Shown one piece after another: positions 58,953-64,000 of a DNA stretch of 64,000 nt. Positions within the stretch are counted from its first letter, which is position 1, and each line of letters begins with the position of its first letter. The stretch covers positions 18,266-82,265 of the forward strand of contig SCTS01000007.1 of assembly GCA_004322365.1 (NCBI GenBank). Reading direction: 5' to 3'. Under the pieces are notes generated by a model. That model was not told where the DNA came from. It saw only the letters and a program-made list of their open reading frames with translations, and did not search any database. The position numbers were made by a program, and so were the translations under genes. The stretch comes from Patescibacteria group bacterium (GTDB lineage: Bacteria > Patescibacteriota > Minisyncoccia > Phycocordibacterales > Phycocordibacteraceae).

Positions 58953-59432
58953 GTGCGTGAGTTATATAAAAGAAAACCGAACACGAAATGTTCAACCTGT
59001 GACAAGCCAATCTACAGGCGCCCTCTTGAGCTCAAACGCGGACCTGTGTTCTGCACCTCCCTATGCTACGGAAAAGCAAATAGAAAAGAAAGACCGTGTG
59101 TCGTCTGCAACAACCCTATCTTGGCAAGAGCAAACAAAAAAACATGCAGTAGAGGTTGTGCAAATAAGAACCGGGCAGGTATCAAGTACGGCACCAAAAG
59201 ACCTTATGATAAGGTGCAGAACGAAAGAACCATCAAGCTACGCGTATTAGAGCTTCGTGGAGGAAAGTGTGAGCGATGCGGATATAGTAAAAAGCAAATT
59301 CTGCATGTGCATCACAAGGACAGGAATCATAGCAACAATGAACTTCATAATCTTGAATTAATCTGCCCAAATTGCCACTACGAAGAACACTATTTAGAGA
59401 AAAGCTGGCTAAATGATACAGTGGGTCACTAA
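58953..59432 (+). CDS. HNH endonuclease with N-terminal Cys-rich zinc-binding repeats
   Basis: CxxC...FC/CSxxC repeats; 'CERCG...HVHHKD.N..NN...NL..ICPNCH..EH'; stop codon 1 nt before tRNA-Ser. Confidence 0.9.
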   Translation: MRELYKRKPNTKCSTCDKPIYRRPLELKRGPVFCTSLCYGKANRKERPCVVCNNPILARANKKTCSRGCANKNRAGIKYGTKRPYDKVQNERTIKLRVLELRGGKCERCGYSKKQILHVHHKDRNHSNNELHNLELICPNCHYEEHYLEKSWLNDTVGH

Positions 59433-59433
59433 C

Positions 59434-59520
59434 GGAGAGGTGGCAGAGTGGTCTAACGCACCGCACTTGAAATGCGGCGTCCGGGGAACTGGACCGAGAG
59501 TTCGAATCTCTCCCTCTCCG
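59434..59520 (+). tRNA. tRNA-Ser (TGA)
   Basis: GGAGAGG/CCTCTCC acceptor stem, CCGCA-CTTGAAA-TGCGG anticodon arm, long variable arm. Confidence 0.96.
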
Positions 59521-59678
59521 CAAATACAAAATGGCGCCTAAGGCGCCATTTTGTATTTGCGGACTCGACGCATCTGATGCCTCATCACCCTGTCGAGGGT
59601 TCGCGCCGCTGGGCGTAAGCGAGAATGAAAGGTAAAATACTTAGAGACTCGTGACCGAATCTCACCTCACTCACAGCA
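59521..59678 (+). repeat. truncated target-mirroring element downstream of tRNA-Ser
   Basis: Hairpin closing on the tRNA end; GTAAGCGAGAA...AAAATACTTAGAGACTCGTGACC shared with the His element; then GAATCTCACCTC, resembling the tRNA 3' end. Confidence 0.7.
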
Positions 59679-59715
59679 AATATCTTTCATCGGGTGACCT
59701 AGTTGCCTAAAATCT

Positions 59716-60342
59716 ATGAATAAGCGCTGGACTGTCGAAAAAATAAAAGAAGGGTTTGGGCGTTTTGTAACAGAGTATGGACGCCTGCCTATGGCGCCCG
59801 AAATTGATAAATTGGACTACCTGCCATCAGCACGACTAATTCAATCAAAATTTGGAGGTCTTGAAAAACTTCGAGCAGTTCTTGGCTATAAAGACACGCA
59901 CTTTGGAAAAGGAAAATTCAGAAGCAAGATCGCCACTCGGGTAAACGCTCGTGGTCGAGATGCTGAATTGGCTTTAGAAAAGGTTTTACGAGAAAAGTTC
60001 GGTGAAGTGTTCGTGCACACGGAAAGGTTTTTTGATGATTCAAAAAACCGAGTTGATTTTTACGTTTATTCCCCAGACGGAAATTTTGGAATTGACATCT
60101 TCTATACAGATACCATGCGCGATTTACAAAAAAACATAAACATAAAAATCGATAAGTATTCAAAATTTCCACACCAGCTATTTCTTGTGGTCGGAAATAA
60201 AGATTTTTTGCAAACTGACTTGAACGAGTATGTAACTTTAAAAACAAAGACGTTGCCGGAAAATACCACGATCACTAACTTGGAAACACTCTTTGAAAAA
60301 CTCGAAAATAGAAAAAGTTACTCAGACCCTCTAAAAAAATAA
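59716..60342 (+). CDS. putative nuclease: homing-endonuclease-associated repeat plus PD-(D/E)XK-like domain
   Basis: N-terminal 'WT.EKI..F..EYGRLP...LPS...FGG' repeat; 'E...RVDFYV....FGIDIF'. Confidence 0.6.
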   Translation: MNKRWTVEKIKEGFGRFVTEYGRLPMAPEIDKLDYLPSARLIQSKFGGLEKLRAVLGYKDTHFGKGKFRSKIATRVNARGRDAELALEKVLREKFGEVFVHTERFFDDSKNRVDFYVYSPDGNFGIDIFYTDTMRDLQKNINIKIDKYSKFPHQLFLVVGNKDFLQTDLNEYVTLKTKTLPENTTITNLETLFEKLENRKSYSDPLKK

Positions 60343-60356
60343 CCCTCAATCTGAAC

Positions 60357-60563
60357 TCAACAGTTTTGAGCTTTTTTCGCTCTGTAAAATATGAGAAGCA
60401 CTGCCGCATTAGCGTTGAGTACCTGGTTGTAGTCTTTACTATAAAATGACCAGCCATCGCGCAACATTTCGTTCGTAATCATCTCCTCATCCCGAACATC
60501 TACACTTTTATGAGTGAAGTCATACTTTTTTCTTCCTTCATAGTCATTTTTTATCTCCGACAT
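60357..60563 (-). CDS. small hypothetical protein
   Basis: 68-aa ATG ORF convergent with the nuclease gene. Confidence 0.45.
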   Translation of the reverse strand: MSEIKNDYEGRKKYDFTHKSVDVRDEEMITNEMLRDGWSFYSKDYNQVLNANAAVLLIFYRAKKAQNC

Positions 60564-60669
60564 GCAAGCATTATACTAGGTACTAGTTTTTTTACTGTCT
60601 TTCGTACCCATTAAAGCCTGAATCTCACCTCCTCCACCCGAAGTATTTAGTATCGGAAAACCCGAGTAC

Positions 60670-61347
60670 CTAGTTTTCGGGGATATCTAGGTTTTCTTTG
60701 CCGAGTTCTATGTCAATGAGAAAAGGTATTACTCCTTGCTTAATAGCGTGAAGAAAAGTGTGATTCATCCCATCTCCGGTATTTCCTGGTTTGAGGTGAA
60801 TTTTCAACTTGTCAAAGTGATCTTGTACAACCGCTGCTTCAGCAACAGTAAAGTCGTCCTCAAAAGTCACCAGCCATGCAATTTCTTGCGGCATTTCGAT
60901 TCGTCCTAAAATCTTTACTTGGTGAGCAGAGCCACTAACTACATGCTCAGGTGTAGCCGCTTTGTGAGAAAGAATGATGTTGAATATAGTCTTTTTACCG
61001 TCAGCAGGTGGAGACACACACTCAATTGATTTTCCCTCGTCGAAAGTGTTCCCAAAAGGCATTTCAGTAACTCTTGGAGGAACGAGTATGCCGAAACATC
61101 GCGTCCACCCAGGAGCAAATTCATCAGGGCGTGTCCATTTATATAATGCTCGATCGCTTGCATCGTCCTCTCGTTCAACTGTACTGTTCACAGCAAATCG
61201 ATACTTTCCAGACCTGTGGAAACTAAACTTCGAAATCATTGCGTGCGATCGTGCGGCAAGATACAAGTCGTTTTTATTTGCCCACAAACGCCACACGGAA
61301 GAACGTAGATCGTCACGCGTACCAACAACAAAACGTATGGTGTTCAT
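60670..61347 (-). CDS. hypothetical protein
   Basis: 225-aa ORF with no recognisable family, next to the tRNA-Ser variable region. Confidence 0.7.
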   Translation of the reverse strand: MNTIRFVVGTRDDLRSSVWRLWANKNDLYLAARSHAMISKFSFHRSGKYRFAVNSTVEREDDASDRALYKWTRPDEFAPGWTRCFGILVPPRVTEMPFGNTFDEGKSIECVSPPADGKKTIFNIILSHKAATPEHVVSGSAHQVKILGRIEMPQEIAWLVTFEDDFTVAEAAVVQDHFDKLKIHLKPGNTGDGMNHTFLHAIKQGVIPFLIDIELGKENLDIPEN

Positions 61348-61515
61348 TATGCGTTGATTTTACGCTCGCGACGCAGGTATCTCAAGCCATGCATCAAAAA
61401 GACACGAGAGTACCCTTGTGGTACCTCACCGTTCTGGCACTGAACCCGAGCAGTCCGCTTTTAGAAAATACGCCCCACATGGGGCAATTTTCTTTGACAG
61501 AGCTATAATTCAATC

Positions 61516-62472
61516 GTGCCCTCCCCAACCCACATCACTCTCAACACCGGTGCCTTGATGCCAATCGTCGGCCTAGGTACATGGAAGTCTGCTCCTGATA
61601 AAGCAGGGCAGGCAGTGGAATATGCCCTCACTGAAGGTGGGTACCGACATATCGACTGCGCAGCAATCTATCAAAACGAAAAAGAAATAGGTCAGGTGTT
61701 CAAAAAAGTATTTAGTGGCAACACGGTGAAACGGGAAGATGTTTTTATCACGAGCAAACTATGGAATTCGGCTCATGGCAAAAATGAAGTGCGCGTGGCG
61801 TGTGAAAAAACATTGCGCGACTTGAATTTAGAATATTTGGATCTTTACCTCATGCACTGGGGCCTCGCCACTCCATCGCACTGGGCAATACCAACCAATG
61901 GTGGGCAAGAAGCTGAATACGATGAACACGGAATTTTAATAATGGAGAAAATTCCAGTTCGAGAAACCTGGGGGGCAATGGAAGAATTAGTTAAAGCTGG
62001 GCTAGTGAAGGCAATCGGCGTTGCAAACTTCACAGCACCGATGCTCATAGATATATTGACCTACGCAACCATTCCACCTGCCATGAATCAAATAGAGATT
62101 CATCCCTATTTTCAACAAACTCGACTCATCGAATTTTGTCAGAGTAAAAAAATAGCTGTCACTGCTTATTCTCCACTTGGCTCTCCCGGCAACTTTGTTG
62201 CTAAAGGGTTACCTGCAGTACTTGAAGATGAAGTTATAAACAAAATCGCGAAGGATCACCAAAAAACTGGTGCGAACGTTTTAGTTCGATGGGCAATGCA
62301 AAGAGGTATCGTAGTAATTCCGAAAAGCATAACCCCAGAGAGAATTAAAGAAAATATCGACGTCTTTGATTTCGAACTATCAGAGAGCGAGATGAACGAA
62401 ATAGCAACGCTTGATAGAAGACTTCGTTTTTTAGATCCATACGTGTGGGGAAAGATCCCTTACTTTGATTAA
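61516..62472 (+). CDS. aldo/keto reductase
   Basis: 'GLGTW', 'GYRHIDCA.IY.NE', 'FITSKLW', 'YLDLYLMHW', 'IPKS'. Confidence 0.97.
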   Translation: MPSPTHITLNTGALMPIVGLGTWKSAPDKAGQAVEYALTEGGYRHIDCAAIYQNEKEIGQVFKKVFSGNTVKREDVFITSKLWNSAHGKNEVRVACEKTLRDLNLEYLDLYLMHWGLATPSHWAIPTNGGQEAEYDEHGILIMEKIPVRETWGAMEELVKAGLVKAIGVANFTAPMLIDILTYATIPPAMNQIEIHPYFQQTRLIEFCQSKKIAVTAYSPLGSPGNFVAKGLPAVLEDEVINKIAKDHQKTGANVLVRWAMQRGIVVIPKSITPERIKENIDVFDFELSESEMNEIATLDRRLRFLDPYVWGKIPYFD

Positions 62473-62486
62473 CAAGTTTAGGCACT

Positions 62487-62834
62487 ATGCAAAAATGCTA
62501 CAACGGGGTGGTGATACGAGGTGAAAGCGCTGGAACAAAGCTCGGCTTCCCTACAGCAAACATAGTGCTTGAAGATGTAAGCATCTCGGGAACATATGCA
62601 GGCACAGTTGTGGTGGATGACATTTTGTATGGGGCAGGCATCTATGCAAATCAGCGACGAAATATTCTGGAAACCCATATCCTCGACTTTTCAGGTGACC
62701 TCTATGGCAAAACAATTACTGTTACTCTCCACGAGAAAATCAGGGATGACGAAGAATTCACTAACAAAAAGACACTCTCTAAAACAATTGCGAATGACAT
62801 TCTAAGGGTGCGCGGGTATTTCGATAAACCGTAA
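62487..62834 (+). CDS. monofunctional riboflavin kinase
   Basis: 'G..LGFPTANI', 'ETHILDFSGDLYG', 'IRDD..F'; no FAD synthetase domain. Confidence 0.9.
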   Translation: MQKCYNGVVIRGESAGTKLGFPTANIVLEDVSISGTYAGTVVVDDILYGAGIYANQRRNILETHILDFSGDLYGKTITVTLHEKIRDDEEFTNKKTLSKTIANDILRVRGYFDKP

Positions 62835-62854
62835 TTACACGCTATTCTTGGGTC

Positions 62855-63778
62855 ATGAACTTCTTTAAAAAATACGCGCCATTCCTCGTTCTTTTTGCAG
62901 CAATGTTATGGGCAACAGATGCCCCCTTTCGCCTCCACTTAACAGAAGGGCTTTCCAGTAACTTTATTGTTCTTGGAGAGCATTTCATTGCAATCCTATT
63001 TGTCTTGCCAATATTACTTCTCAACTGGAGAGAACTAAAAAAACTGAAACTAAAGGAATGGCTCGCTGTTCTTTTCATTGCTATCGGCGGAAGTGCTCTT
63101 GCTTCAGTTGCCTTTACGCAAGCATTTCATTACCTCAACCCATCAGTAGCTATTCTTCTACAGAAACTTCAACCATTTATGGTAATCGGCTTAGCGGCAG
63201 TTGTCCTTAAAGAAACTCTTGGTCGCAGGTTTTGGCTTTTCGCCGTTGTATCGATTATAGGAGCGTACCTAATCTCATTCCCAAACTTCATTCCTCAAAC
63301 CTATCCAGGGGAGACATTTAATGCAAACCTGCTTGGTGTAGGACTTGCACTCATCGCTGCATTCTTCTGGGGTGCATCGACGGTGTTTGGAAAATTGGTA
63401 CTCAACAAAACAAACTTCAAGGTAATGACGGGATTACGATTTTCCGTTGCGTTTATCTTTCTTATTTTCTTGAACCTATTTCAGCAATCATTCCCCGATT
63501 GGAGCACCGTCACCTCTACTGACTACCTCTTCATCGGTATCATCGGTATCACCTCAGGTGTAGTATCTCTCTTCATTTACTACAAAGGTCTCGAAAACAC
63601 GAGTGCATCTGTCGCAACAATGGCAGAGCTCGGATTCCCTCTTGGAGCGGTCGTTGTGAATTGGATATTTTTGGGCGCCATATTACTCCCTATGCAAATT
63701 TTTGGCATGGCAATTCTGCTCTTGGGTGTATACGGGCTCGCAAAATATAACGGCGAGGTTAAAGGGGTTAGCGTTTAG
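62855..63778 (+). CDS. DMT/EamA family transporter
   Basis: About 10 TMs in two EamA repeats ('LQP...LA..LKE', 'YYKGL...AS.A'). Confidence 0.92.
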   Translation: MNFFKKYAPFLVLFAAMLWATDAPFRLHLTEGLSSNFIVLGEHFIAILFVLPILLLNWRELKKLKLKEWLAVLFIAIGGSALASVAFTQAFHYLNPSVAILLQKLQPFMVIGLAAVVLKETLGRRFWLFAVVSIIGAYLISFPNFIPQTYPGETFNANLLGVGLALIAAFFWGASTVFGKLVLNKTNFKVMTGLRFSVAFIFLIFLNLFQQSFPDWSTVTSTDYLFIGIIGITSGVVSLFIYYKGLENTSASVATMAELGFPLGAVVVNWIFLGAILLPMQIFGMAILLLGVYGLAKYNGEVKGVSV

Positions 63779-63835
63779 GATTTAGGGAGCTCGAAGCTAG
63801 GGGGCTTCTGAATTTATTTCTCTAAACACTGGCCA

Positions 63836-64000
63836 CTAACCCCTCGCCCCTAGTTTTTCTATTTCCTCAATTGATTTATTGCGGTGTATGATTTCGTCAT
63901 TTCTCACTGACCTGAAAAAATCATATTGGTTCGAAGCTTCCCTGCCGTACCATTCAAGATATTTGCTTGCCATCGGTTTCTTTTTCAATTCTTCCGCATT
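63836..64000 (-). CDS. 3' end of a gene running in from beyond the window
   Basis: Open frame NAEELKKKPMASKYLEWYG...EKLGARG* from the window edge. Confidence 0.45.
   Translation of the reverse strand, partial: NAEELKKKPMASKYLEWYGREASNQYDFFRSVRNDEIIHRNKSIEEIEKLGARG

Noticed and set aside
61350-61510. FMN riboswitch ahead of the reductase, riboflavin kinase and EamA genes
   Set aside because: Two small hairpins only, no RFN conserved blocks, and the reductase appears leaderless.

Overview
A 64-kb chromosomal window that looks like a Patescibacteria/CPR genome, most likely Parcubacteria (OD1). Supporting signs are a stand-alone 23S rRNA gene with insertions, secE-nusG-rplK with no rplA, an IleRS2 carrying a histidine-phosphatase insert, a pilM-N-O cluster and many apparently leaderless genes. 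Most content is housekeeping: ribosomal proteins, ftsK-recA, aminoacyl-tRNA synthetases, a thymidylate/folate cluster, Zur-ZIP and five tRNAs. The most unusual signals are non-coding. (1) A family of ~90-220 bp elements follows tRNA-His, tRNA-Arg, tRNA-Ser and rplK; a shared scaffold is flanked by an antisense copy and a direct copy of each element's own host 3' end. (2) Unannotated leader-peptide attenuators precede argS (RRRR) and ileS (TTIIKIT). (3) Free-standing LAGLIDADG, HNH and PD-(D/E)XK-like nuclease genes sit at tRNA loci. (4) A candidate folate-salvage module combines a YhhQ-type transporter, a DHFR-fold protein and a CofE-like ligase. (5) A wHTH gene is packed with TGTCY motifs. 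(6) Strand-polarised heptamer repeats, a MITE and several long structured leaders are present. All calls come from reading the sequence by eye; no database searches were run.
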